Positions 22,101 through 35,963 of a stretch of 52,605 bases of DNA are shown one piece after another. A program made the position numbers and the translations under genes. The DNA is taken from contig NC_068988.1 in the NCBI RefSeq assembly GCF_001194135.2, positions 15,416,979 to 15,469,583 on the forward strand, read 5' to 3'. How positions within the stretch are numbered: the first letter of the stretch is position 1; each line of letters begins with the position of its first letter. The stretch is from Octopus bimaculoides (Eukaryota). The notes under the pieces are model-generated. The model ran no database searches and was not told the DNA's origin. It was given only the letters and a program-made list of their open reading frames with translations.

Positions 22101-25100
22101 AAGAGTAGCCTAATAATAGATTTATACTTACATCGTCAATGGTAACCTTCCATATTCTGATGTAGCCATCACTACAAGCATTAGCAAGGATATTGTCACC
22201 AGATGGGAGCACTTTGTGACACAGACCACGAATTCTGAAAATATAATTAAAATATAATTAAAAAAGAGTTAATGTTTACATTTTATGGTCATTGGGGGTT
22301 AGGTGTTTCATTACAAAGAAGATAACTTGTTTTAACTTTATTTCTATGGTACTTTTTCAGTACAAATCTCCCAATCCTACTAGAAGTTAGAGATTTCTAT
22401 GAAATGCATGTAGTTCAGAATAAAAATCATAAAAATATTACAACTGCATAAATAGGGATAAAATTTGATAGAATGTATTGACTATAAAAATAATATATTT
22501 CTAAATCTTTCAGAGAGATTTATGCAGTAGCAGCACAATAAAGTGACAGTATGTTGTCAACTTAATGTGACAGTCCCATAAAAGGGAAGAATGTTACTGT
22601 TATTTAGCCCTAGGAAACACCGTTTCCTGTTGGACTTGACACATTTCCTGTGTCCGTATGTTTTCAAAGTGGAGATAAGCAACTCCACCCAGCAAAACCA
22701 ACATCCAGAGACTAGTTTTAGAGTCATTGCTCATTATAAGTCTGGAGTAACATGACCTGCTAGCTGCCAATGCCTATCCACCTTTGAAAACATACATATT
22801 TCAAGTGAAATACATTCACTGACTTTTGAAAATAGAAAGAGAGATTTATGCAGTAGCCGCATGATAAAGTGATAGCATGTTGTCAACATTTCCTGTGTCC
22901 TTATGTTTTCATATATATATTTCACTTGAAATATATATGTTTTCAAAGGCGGATAGGCATCGACAGCTAGCAGGCCATGCTACTCCAGACTTATGATAAG
23001 CAATGACTCTGAAACTAGTCTCTGGATGCTGGCTGGGCTGAGGTGCTTATCTCCACTTTGAAAACATAAGGACACAGGAAATGTTTCCTAGGGCTACATA
23101 ACAGTAGCATTCTTCCCTTTTATGGGACTGTCACATTAAGTTGACAACATACTATCACTTTAATGTATTGACTGATGACGTACATTAATAACGTGGCTTT
23201 TACTTGCTGAATTTTACCTGTGGTTATGTCACTTTCACCTGCCCAGGTAGGTTGATAAATTGATTACATGTAGGTATTTTCACATATATTTACAATATAT
23301 CAATTCCTGGGTATTGATCTATTGTCACTGAGGTGAATTGTGACAGAAGTCTATGTAATTTGGAAGTTGCACAACTCCATTAGAAAAAGCAGAGATGTGC
23401 TTTCATCTGTTCTATTGATATGATGAAAGTGGTGTTGCTCTGCAGACATGCATACCTTGTGATCTTACTGCTCATGCTGACAAAAAACTTTCTTTAGTAT
23501 AAAGTTAAAGAAATTAGTGGAAGGGCTTTGCTTCTCAACTCAAAAGTTTTGTAAGTCTCACATCACTTAACAAAAGGATCATCATAATGATTAAATATGT
23601 AATTATTCCATCCTTGCTCAGAATTGAGAAATCTCAATATCACTTAGATTGCTTGTGTATACAAATGATATTGACATCTCTGATTTTTGTTCTCCAACTT
23701 CAAGCTCTCTCTAATAAAATCCTTAATAAATATCATAAAATTCTATCTCACTGCTTGAAGTATACTCACCATAATGCTTCAAAATCAAAGAGGAAAATCC
23801 TAAGAAATTCACTAAATAAAACAAGAAATACAAATGCACACAGTACAGATAGGAAGTGTTTTGGCAGGAACTTCTTCCGAAAATGAAGTTAAACTTTCTT
23901 CTTTTTCACACAGAATTTGTTCATTTTATGGCCACAAGCAACAAACACAATTTGGATTGTGGTTATGCGCAGTTAGGGGCTCAACAACAACTGCAGTTAC
24001 TTGTGGTACAGGACTTTCAGCATTCAGGTTATTTCTGTCAAATGTCATGCTTGTTTATTCACATTGCTTTGAATTAATTGTGAATTATCTCAGTTTTGAG
24101 GTTTCAATGATATGATTGTTTATTTTTGGAGTGACAGTGCAGGGTAGATGTAAGAGACTGGACTTGGCCAGTTTGATTAAAGAAAAAAAAATATATAGAA
24201 TATTTGGGCCGGATATGGCTAGTTTGAATGCTAAAGCAATAAAGGTTAAAAACGAAGCGACGTGTACCCAGTTTAATAACTAAAACTCCTTACTAAAGAG
24301 TTATAGCTGATACGCAGGGCAATGAAAACATTTAATATAGCATCACAACAGAAAACAGCAAGAGTTACTTCCTTCTTGCTCCTTCAGTTGCATAAATGCA
24401 TCACAGGCACACAACGAATTTTCTCCACACCTCTTATAATCTGCACTAATTTATGAGAAGGAACTTCAAACTCCCACAGCTGCTAAAATGTACAGGTACC
24501 TGTGTTTCATTTAATTATTTAAGTAAATATATTTGTTTAATTTACAGGTGACCACCCCTGGTTCAGAAAAATCAATGCTGTGCTTGTACTTGGTGTATAG
24601 ACTAGGTAAATAAGTAGTAGCAATACCTGATATGTACATACTATATGTGGAGGCGCAATGGCCCAGTGGTTAGGGCAGTGGACTCGGGGTCATAGGATCG
24701 TGGTTTCGATTCCCAGACTGGGCGTTGTGAGTGTTTATTGAGCGAAAACACCTAAAAGCTCCACGAGGCTCTGGCAGGGGATGGTGGCGAACCCTGCTGT
24801 ACTCTTCCACCACAACTTTCTCTCACTCTTCCTGTTTCTGTTATGCCTGTAATTCAAAAGGTCAGCCTTGTCACACTGTGTCACGCTGAATATCCCCGAG
24901 AACTACGTTAAGGGTACACGTGTCTGTGGAGTGCTCAGCCACTTGCACGTTAATTTTACGAGCTGGCTGTTCTGTTGATCGGATCGACTGGAACCCTCAA
25001 CGTTGTAAGCGACGGAGTGCCAACAACAACAAACATACTATATAGGTATTGCCAATGCATTTGTGATGCAACCATACGCAGCCCGCCTGAGTAGACGGTT

Positions 25101-28100
25101 GCATCTGAAAGAAGCCCAAAGTTCAATTGAAATAATTTTCCAATGTGCATTCTGCTCTATAGTAAGACACAGTGTAGGATGATTTACATATATCCATTAA
25201 ATGAATATTAGTAAAATTTCTATTTACTATTATAAAATATTTGCTTTTATATCCATTTTTCTATGGCAGCATTAATTGGATGAATAGATATTATTATTGA
25301 GGAATTATTTTACAGCTGCATGTGCTTTCTTTCTATAACAAACCCTTACTTGTTTCTCAAGTAAGGGTTTTTAAATTCCACTTCAGTTCCAAAGTACGGA
25401 ATTAGCAAATGACTTGACAGGGATAGTCAACAATCATCACCATTTCTAGGTGAACACTTCCGTGCAATGACACAGAATACGAATACCCACAGCCGCATAT
25501 AGAATAATGGCACAGGTGCCGACATGATTGAACGGTTTTAGATTCAGTCCCACTGTGTGGCATCGTGGGCCAACCCAAGCTGTGCTTTGTGACTAAATTC
25601 AGCAGAGAGAAACTCAAAAATCTGTCATTTGTGTGCATGCATGCATGTTTCCGGCCAGTCAGGTAGAACTTTTCTAATTTGATAAAATTAATTTCCTAAT
25701 TAGTTTAGTTGTATAGGTTGCCGTTTGAAACAAAGTAAATGTTTACAATTTGTGGTAAGTTATAAATGTCACCATTTGTAGTACAGCGACAAGCGGTAAT
25801 TTGCACTTTTAGAATGCCACCTCAAAAATGAGCCTTCATCCAACCCATGCCAGGATGGAGAAAAAAGAATGGAGTTAAATGAACAAACAAGATAAATACC
25901 AGCAAAATAATTGAAACATATTAAACAACTGACAGATAATGAAACACAAAACATATTGATATTGGATTATACTAATACGACAACAGACAACACAGAGGTA
26001 GGAACAAAAAAAAACAAAGTGAAAAATGTATGTTCAATAAAAAGAAACAAGGCAAGTAGAACAATAATATTTTGGTAAAATACCTGCTGGAATTGGTAGT
26101 TAACTTGTAGACTTCTGCTTCTTTTTCTATGTCATAAAAGATTATATCTGATCCTTCACCACCATATACTATTAAAGAATTCTGGAAAGATACAATTTTT
26201 TTTTTTGTTAATTAAACCCACTTAATTCTTCTGTTCACAGAAAGAGGGCTTTTGGTCAGTGCGGTTGAGTTACAAAGACAAATATTCCATATAACCTTTG
26301 AAATGAATATCATTGACCTTGTGTCAAGAAAGGAACCCCTATGTGGTTGCTCAACTTGCAAGAAACAGCAGCCAAATTTCTTTCAACCCTTTAACATTCA
26401 GATTACTTTGTCAAATGTAGTGGTTATTTATTCATATTGCTTAAAAATTAATACCTTATCTCATAGCTTAGAAGTTTTGATGATGTGGTTGTATATTTTT
26501 AGAATGACATAGTAGGGTAAGTGTGAGAAGCCAGATCTGGCTTGTTGAACATAAAACAGATAGAATATTTGGGCTGGACATGGCCAGTTTAAATGCTTTA
26601 TGGCTTATGCTAGTTAATGTTGCAGTGAATAATCTAGTATTGTATATATGATAGCTGACATGGTAGTGTGCTAGGCATAGGTAGGACTGTGCAGTTGAAA
26701 TGTTTCTTTCTCAACCAGGAAGGTTTGGGTTTGATTCCACAGTGTAGCACTTTGGGCAAGTGTCTTCTACAACAGCCTTGGGCTGACCATTAGCATGCCA
26801 GTAAAATTTTGATACATAGAAACTGTACATATACATACATACAATTATGTGTATTTATATATGTTAATATATCTCAATTGTTTCATGGTCACTTTTCCAT
26901 GCTTGCATGGTTCACATGGAATTTGTTGATTTTCTATGGCTGGATGCCCTTCATGTCACCGTTCAAGGCAATATTTTCCCAAAGCTAAGCATGTTTTCCA
27001 GAGGACTGGAAACTAACAACCTCGCTTATATGGTGATGTTCATTTACAACAAACACTTGATGCCAAGATAAGGATACATACACACACACATTTTTCTCTG
27101 GTTTATGATATTCATTCCTTTAAGTTTTTTGTCAACTGACATCCTTTGAATTTGCAGGCCTCTTCTTCCTTTGCAGTCCCTTATGCTACTGTGGCCTCAA
27201 ACCTTGTTTGAGACATCATTTAAAGTCCATTTTCCATGCTGACATGGGTTACACAATTTGACTGGAATTGGTAAGAACTGCACCAGGCTCCAGTCTGTTT
27301 TGGCTTGGTTTCTATGGCTTGATGTTCTTCCTCATACCAACCACTCTACAGAGTGTAGTAGGTGTCTATTACATGTCACCAGCACTGGCCTTGACCATGC
27401 AAGAAGATGGGATGGGCATTACTGGAACACATTTGACCACATCTGAACAGAAATATTAAGTTAGGGAAGGGCTCACAAACATTTTCAGCCACAGTCAGAT
27501 ACGACTTTGGGCCCAAACCTCAAACACATACACATTACGCTTAGTTTATACTTACAGTCATATATAGCATGGAATTAATACGACCTGGAGCTTCAACAAT
27601 TTGGATTAAACCAGTTGTCTGTGAAATTAGAATAAAACCGCAATGTCAGTAAAAGAAGTCAAGTCGAATGTAGAGCATTTATGGACAAGAATTGCAGCAA
27701 CATTTAAAACAGGATTAACTCTTAAATTACTGTAGTGCTTTCTCTCAATAAATCTCTTAATCTTGTGAGAAACTAGATATTTTGATAAAATGCAGTACAA
27801 TCATGAAAATATTACTATTGCATGAAACTTACTGATACAATATGATTGTTGCTGTACAGTACATTGTAAATATATGTCTTATCTGCTGTTGTTGATCATT
27901 ACCTGTGGCCATGTCACTTCCACATGCCCAGGTAGACTGAATACAGACAACCCATAGGTGCTAGACATAGTTAATAAAACCTTTTGGTCATCAATAGTGA
28001 AGTGTGATAGAGTTATAAATAACAGGTTTAAAAAACAGAGTTTTATACCAAATTTAATCATGTCACATGACAAACAGTCTTACCTTTGTGAGGTAAATTT

Positions 28101-31100
28101 CCAATTTGTGATTAAACACCAGACAATAAGTATCACCAGTTAATGACCACACTACAAGATCAGCAACTAAAATAAATAAATAAATAAATGCTAAATACAA
28201 TTCTTAATTATTTACTCTTTAAAAATTCTTTGAAAATCATCAATGCTAATAAATAATAATAGTTTCAAATTTTGGCTCAAAGCCAGCATGGGTGGGAGCA
28301 AGTTGATTACATCGACCCCCAGACCTTGGCGAAATTTGAACTTAATGTAAAGATGGATGATATGTCATTAAGCATTTTGCCTGACGTGCTACTGTTAACT
28401 CACTATCTTTATAATAATCTTTTCTACTAAAGGTACATGGCCTAAAATTTTGAGGGAGGGAACTAGTCAACCACATCAACCCCAGTGTTTCACTGGTACT
28501 TAATTTATGGACCCCAAAAGCAAGAAAGGCAAAGTTGACCATGGCAGAATTTGAACTCAGAATGCAGCGATGGGCAAAATACCACCAAGCATTTTGTCCA
28601 GAGTGCTAACAATTCTGTCAGCTCGCCACCTTAATAATAATGGTTTCAAATATTGGCACAAGACCATCAAGTCCGGGCATAAGGATGATTGCAGCAAAAG
28701 GATCAGTAGAGTACTTCCCTTCCACCAAAGAGTGAAAAAGAATGCTCCAATTGCATCAAACAAAAACTGGAGCAAGGTATGATAGCCAGATATGTTAATG
28801 TGATACAAATGTATACATTCACTGCTTCTGCCTGATCTTTCAGAGATAGCTCCCACTCAGTCCATTTCAAGATGAGACTAGCCACCTTGATTGTAAATTT
28901 ATTCCAGCTCCTATTCACTTGGAAATCTGGATTGAACCAAGCCTCCAAGCAACTCAACTGGTTTTTTGGTACAGTATCCTATGATGCAGGCTCAAGGAAC
29001 AGACCATCTTCTCCAAGTGCTGAGCTGCAAGCCCACTGACTTGACTGGGTTGGTCTTTGCTCCTGTTATTGCTTCATGTTGCTTAAGTAAAGTGCCAACA
29101 ACTGACTTTCATAATACCCAACACCATTACAATGATGTAATCTGCAAAGTGAAGGCACATGACTCGATTAGAGCATCAGGCCCACTGACTCACTGCAATG
29201 CCACTAGAAACTGGAATCACATTTGGAAAAAATTTGCACATGCTCATCCAAGTCCATCAAAGAGAGAAACACGAAACGACTTTGTCATCATGTCACGTCT
29301 GGCACCCAATCCCATAATTGTGTTTTTAAAGCAATAAACCATAAAAAAAAAAAGCCTAAATCCATGGTCTTAATTTAAAGAAACATAGCCATTTTGTTTT
29401 TTGAACGGGAGTCGTAAGTTTAAAGAAGTCTTTATGGCAAAAACCTTCTTTCACTACTTCAAAACAACCAACAGACTTTCTTTTTGAAAACAACAATGCA
29501 TGTGGACATATTGATGGAATATGTGAAACTTTAAACTGTAAGACTTCATTACAAGGTATGTGCAAATATTTTTTTCACTATTTCACAAGGCTAAACTTAC
29601 TTATTAAGTAAAATTGTTTGTGGGTCTTGACAGAAAAGCATGCAAAATGTTGTTTTTATGCTTTGTCATTTTCAAGTAACACCATACATTCTAGCCAAAT
29701 TACATGCCGAAAACGAATGTATATGAAGAGAATTGATCATTTTAGGATTTCTGAGCAACTTTGTAAAGATTTGTATATCATTTATCACCTTTCAAATAAA
29801 CTGCAGCAATTTCTATGGTAAAAAGAAATGTAATGAGAGCTTTTTGTTTTAAACTCATTTAAAACAAGTCCTCTTATTGTTGAAAATATTTCAGCCAAAA
29901 ACATTCTAGATTTTAAACACAATTGTTCTAAAAGTATTTCGGAACGCTTCTAGAAACTTCCATGGGAACTTATAAAAGCCTGGACTTTTTTAAAAATTTT
30001 AGCTAGTGGATAGCTTGTTTTCTGGAAGCTGTTCAGTCTCACATTCAGTTGTATTCAAACGTTCTTGCTATGTTGATACAAGACATTTGCTTTCCTCCAC
30101 AATGACCTTAAGTCATATATCTGATTTTTCTTTAAACGAGATTCAATTCTTGTCATCTCGAAAAGAATTAGATTTGATTTTCGATCATGCCCATGTTTCT
30201 TACGCTCTTCTTTATTGACGAAGGGAGATTACTCAGTTTATATGTAACGGTAACTGAATTTAGTAAAATAAACGAGAATCAAACAGGAAATATTTGGGAA
30301 TTGATGTTTTAACACTCCTCCGCAAATGTATTTTGACGACGCTTGACACTTTACCAACAGCATGTATGGAAGAATTTAGTTTTAAAGGAAAGGCACATTC
30401 ATGTCACTCACAACACATTGTGTCCATTTGAATATATTATCACCCACAGAATAAGTTGAAGACAACCAAACAGCAAACGTAGAACGAAATACAACAGAAG
30501 AAACACTAAAAGAAGCAGAGATGACATAGTTGACTAAAACCCTTGATGACAGCGTTCAGATAAGAATGTTGTAGAACAGCCCCCCCCCCCCATCCACCAG
30601 TATTGGACCATGAATCATTTGGTACTGGGCTACAGAAAAGAAGTTATGAATTGGATCTTTTTTAAAACGGGGGCCACATTTTTCATTAATGTTTTACGTA
30701 GTGCTTTTGGTACCGAAAGACTTTCAAACTTCGTATACTTATCTATTTTGTGTTATAGAACAGAAAAATATTTTTGTATTCGAATTTATTNNNNNNNNNN
30801 NNNNNNNNNNNNNNNNNNNNNNNNNNNNNNNNNNNNNNNNNNNNNNNNNNNNNNNNNNNNNNNNNNNNNNNNNNNNNNNNNNNNNNNNNNNNNNNNNNNN
30901 NNNNNNNNNNNTGCTTTAACCCTAACCCTAACCCTAGGGTTAGGGTTAGGGTTAATTGTTTCAGAATCGTTTGTTTATGTAGTCGGCACTTAATGTATAT
31001 CGGCTGAATGGACGTCAGTGATTGGTTGAAATTACAGAAATACGACAACTTTAACATGGAATAATTTATGGATTTCTTTTTTTTTTAAGAAGACTAAGAG

Positions 31101-34100
31101 AAAAAGATGTTTTATATGACACATTCTACCAGTGTTCCAAGTTTCAAAGTGTTTCGTTAATGAAAAATGTGGCCCCCGTTTTAAAAAAGATCCTATGAAT
31201 TTTATTTCTGCTGTATTGATGATTGCAGTCTGCAAGGTAATTTACATTATTTATGTAATAATTAAGCTTTGTAATATGCACCTTATTGTGACCTGTCATG
31301 GTGCATGATCTCATGGTCCATTGTGCAAAGAAACGGCTGGGAGCTGCTGCTGTAGAGTATTTCCATTCAAATGTAATGATTTTCCCTCAAAACTGATATA
31401 AGCATGCAACAAGTTCTTGTCTACCAAGCTTCAACCACATAGCATTGAATAATCTGAGATTACAGGTAGAAGACTCTCGTCCTGAATAACATATAAGTGG
31501 GATCGCTATCAAAGTTATGTGGCATCCATGTGTTGAATTAAAACAAATGTCTAAACATACTTAATTCTCTCAAAAAGAATGAGTTATTTCCTTTCCTACT
31601 TCATTTTTGTATCTGGTTTGCAAGATTCTTTATGTGAATTCGTGTGTTGAAACAAATTTTGTTGTGTCTAGGGGGAGCCAGTACGCCAATAATATTAACA
31701 CATGCATTGGTTCAATTCTACTCCATTATTAGTCAATTGGTGAAATATCCAACTAACTAATCGATTATTCGTTTAACTTGGTTAAACAATAAGTTGTTAG
31801 TCAAAGTTCTTTCGTTGCTACGTGCAACCTTTTCAACACCTGTCTTCTTGGTCCATTATGGAGGTCACATTTGTCTACCTGAGACCTTGTTGCATGTGTG
31901 TGTGTCCTTGCGTATGTATGTATTTTTCTGCATATTCAGGTGTCTGTGTATTCTGCTTCCTTGTGTGTGTGTGTGTGTTTGAGTGTGTCTATGCATGAGT
32001 TTGTGTGTATATATGTGTGCCTGTTGTATGTGTATGTGTGTATGGTCATGTGTTTCTGTCTCCTTGAGTGTGTGTGTGTGTGTGTGTCTGTACTGCCTAT
32101 TGTATGTATGTACCTACCTATCTACCTACCTACATAATTAACTAAAAATATTGGCATAATAACTCTCTCTAGGTACAACAAAATTCCACTTACCAAACAT
32201 AGTATATAACTTCTTTTTCTATTATGGTGACAATCATAAATTATATATAGCCTAGTGGCATACCACATTATATTTACAAGTCTATTTCACCAATATTCTA
32301 AACAGTCTAAATTTCAAGAAATGTCAACAACATTCATTTTAAAAGCCATCATAGTTGTTGCTACCATCAACAATTAACTCTGTTTTCTCCCTGTCTTCAT
32401 ATTTGCTAAGAGAGATCTGCAGTCCAGAGTCTTTACAACTTTTCTGCTCTAAATCTTCTTTGATCTACTTCTCCCACAGCAACAAAGGACAAACTTGAAT
32501 TTAAAAACAAAAGAAATCAATGAATGAAACACACATGGTGTCATTGAAAATAATTAACAGCCTACACCTAATTAACAATATGAATTCAAAAAACAAAGTT
32601 TAGCAAAGTTAAGAATTACCTCGTTTCAGGTTGGTGGTGTAAGCACGAACACCTTTAATTAGATTCCATGCTTTCATGGTTTTATCTTTGGATACAGTGA
32701 AGGCTAATTTGCCTGAAGGATGGACAGCAAGGCAGTTAATACCTGCTCTGAAAGAAAGAAAAAAAAAATCAAGAATTACAATTTAGTCTTTTGTGCCCAC
32801 ACTTTGAATGAAATATATTGACTGTGTGATTCAATTTATTTTTAAAATAAATCAAGAATTTGGAAGCATTTAGTAAAATAATATTTTCCTTATTTAATTG
32901 TTGTTAGATAAATTATGATGGAATGTATGAAAATCTTCAAACAAGTGGTTTTTGTAATAACAAATTTGAGGCAGTCTCATATGGAATGGTATTACATAAT
33001 TTCCATGCAGATTTAGCATGATATTAAAGTGCTAGAAATATACAAGGTTAGACCTTCAAATTACTTGTACAGGTCATCCAACATGCTTTCACAGTTTCAC
33101 TAACAAGATAGACTGATTTGAGGCTATAGTAGAAGACACTTGCTTCACACAGTGGGAATAAATTTAGAATCTGAACTTCTTGACATTGTGCCTAAATGTC
33201 TCTCAAAATATAGTAAACCATCTCCATGTGAAACAGCAGGTAGGATTTAACTATTTAAATCATAAATGACATACAAACTAACGAATCAGAATAACATTCT
33301 ATAATGCAAACTCTCAGTTGATGAGCTTGATACCAAATATTTATGATGGGGGACTAAAAGAAAAAAAACTGTCATATGTTAACTTTGAATTTATTCCAAT
33401 CAAATAACAATTGCAACGATTCACCTTTGGTTAAATGAAGTTGGATACAACAGACTTGTTTAATTAATAGTTAGTACAATACGAAATTTGCTTGTAATGT
33501 TGCATTAGGGAAGCATTTATAGAATTAATTTGCTTCTTGAAAGATGTTGCATGAACATGGCTAATGATAAATAATCATCAAACGATATTTAATCCTCTCA
33601 AATATATAATATGAAACAGTGTTTAATTTCAATCCTTAGTTATTTCAAAAACATGCGGATTTAAATAAATAAGTACATAATCATGCAACTAACCCCTAAA
33701 ACAGGGGTCAGCAAACTAAATTACCCCAAGTGGGGTAAAATTGAAATTTTTGGAGGTAATAAAGACTCATTAGACATAAGTAAAATTATATTAAAAATAA
33801 CCTGTTCCTTGTTACAAGAGAAATTTTTCTTCTGGCATGAGGAGGCAGTCAAAAAGTTGTTGTCTTTTGCAACAGCTATCTTTGCGAAAAAAGATTTTCC
33901 ATTCTATTGAACATTAAAAGACAAAGCAGAGAAATCAATTAAACCCTGAAGACTGTATCCAAATTGCTCTGGCATCAAAATGTCCTAATTTTGATGTAAT
34001 TGTAGTAAAAATGAAACAATATCATTTCTGCGGAGTCCAAAGTAAAAAAGTTTCTAGAAAAATCCTTTTGTTTTGTAACGAGGATATTAATTTATCTTAT

Positions 34101-35924
34101 CGCATTTGTTTTATACATTATATATTTATAACTGTATTCCTCATATAAATAAATTCAATAAACCTTTTGAATTCAAAGAATCTATGGTTTTCTTCTTTTC
34201 AAATCAAGTGGAAAACATTGGCGTAAATAAATATACTTTAGGGTGATTGGTTAAAAAAGTTCCTCTAATTCTGCTCTTAAATTACTGGCCTTATGCCAAA
34301 CTTGGAAACCATTATTATTCCTATCAGTTTAATACAATTTATTGTGATATTATTATTATTAGGTCTGTAAGGGTGGTACAGGTGGTAATACGCTGAGCAG
34401 TAATCAGTTTTGTTGCTTAATGACAGAGTTCAAACCCTGCCAGCTTCAACCCTTGCATTTTATCCCATGATTAATCTGCAAGAAAGATTTACAACATTCA
34501 GTTCAATAGACACAGATGATGTGTTGGAGCAGTTGTAGTCTGTTATATAAATTATATGATGCAATAGAAATTTACACATAGTCAAGGGGTCACCAATTGA
34601 TAATGTAAAAGCAAAACCCAAATAATATAATGGGCAGAGACAATAAACAACAAGACTTTGGATTAGTATATAGGATAATACACACTAAAGGGAACTTCTA
34701 ATTTCTCATCTTCAGACCAAAGAAATTACTAGCTAGACTTACTGTAGAATTTTCTATTGTGTCATATCTTATTAAAAGGTCTCTTGTGAAAAGATCCACA
34801 TAAAATACCTTGCCAAGTAAAGTATATCAAATCTGTAAGCTGCTTGATCAGAATAAAATAGCTGGAATAGAGTTTAACTTACTTGTGTCCTCTAAAGACA
34901 CGTAGACATTCCCAAGTGACTGTCTGGAACAAACACATGGTACCATCTTCACTACATGTGAAAAGGTGACTGCCTTGATGAAACTGTAGGTGGGTTAAAG
35001 AACCTGCAAAGACAGAAAAAGTGCTAGTAATATACAGGGTTATCCAACAGAACTTGCTTAAATAATTATATTTAGTCAAATTATTTTCCCCCCATGCCCA
35101 TAAGTTTGCATTCATGTTTGCATGGATTGGACAAGCCGACAACATCCAACAAGTTGGAGGACTGCAATTGGCTCTCAAGTCTCAGTTTTAGCTTAGTTTC
35201 TTTGGTTGGATATCTTGGGAGTAGCCTTGAACTTGCAAAAACTAAAAAGACCCCGCAACTGAGAGAGAGAGAAGACTTGGTGAGGTGAAGTGAAATGATA
35301 AAATATAAAAAGAGGAACAGATTTCTTGCTGTGAGAGAGTGGTAGTGGAAAGAATAACAGAGTAGACTCAGCTGGCGAAAATAGACAATTATCACTTTAA
35401 AATTTTCTCATTAAATATGTTAACATTAGCTATTCAATACAATACAATAAGTGAATTTGCAACACACACTTTAAAAAACTACCATCTACCTCTACACCTA
35501 CCAATCTGGTGAACACACAAGCCTTACATCTTCCTCATTTCTTGAAATATATATATATATATATGCTGGTGACATGCAAAAGACACCCAGTACACTCTAT
35601 GGAGTAGGTGCTGTTAGGAATGACATCCAGCTGTAGAAATCAAAACCAAAAAGCCTGGGGCCTCCAGCTTACCAGTTCCAGTCAAACTGTCTCGCCATGC
35701 CAGTATGGAAAACAGACTTGAAATGATAATGATGATATATATATATATATATATATATATAGTCAAGTGCATCTCCACGTGATGTTTGTGATTGCTGGAT
35801 GCGCTGTGTTTTTATAGCACCGACCTCCTAAGCAAAACTAAATATGCATAAAATAGCTTTACTTCTAAGTAGATATGAATAAGACAAAAGTTAGCCCCCT
35901 TTTCACATAAATTTAGGGTTGCTT

Positions 35925-35963
<39 letters not shown>

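Noticed and set aside
24647-24720. tRNA-like sequence with A and B boxes (also 5487, 11237, 21145, 38601)
   Set aside because: These are heads of a dispersed SINE continuing into a shared 300-bp body; there is no complete cloverleaf acceptor stem.
27879-28073. ORF ending at a GTAATG donor-like site between PAK1IP1 exons 5 and 6
   Set aside because: No WD40 similarity and not needed: exons 5 and 6 join in phase and match the homologue length.
30916-30955. Ancient telomere-fusion site
   Set aside because: Only about three repeats per side, and enclosed by MITE TIRs with an 8-bp TSD.
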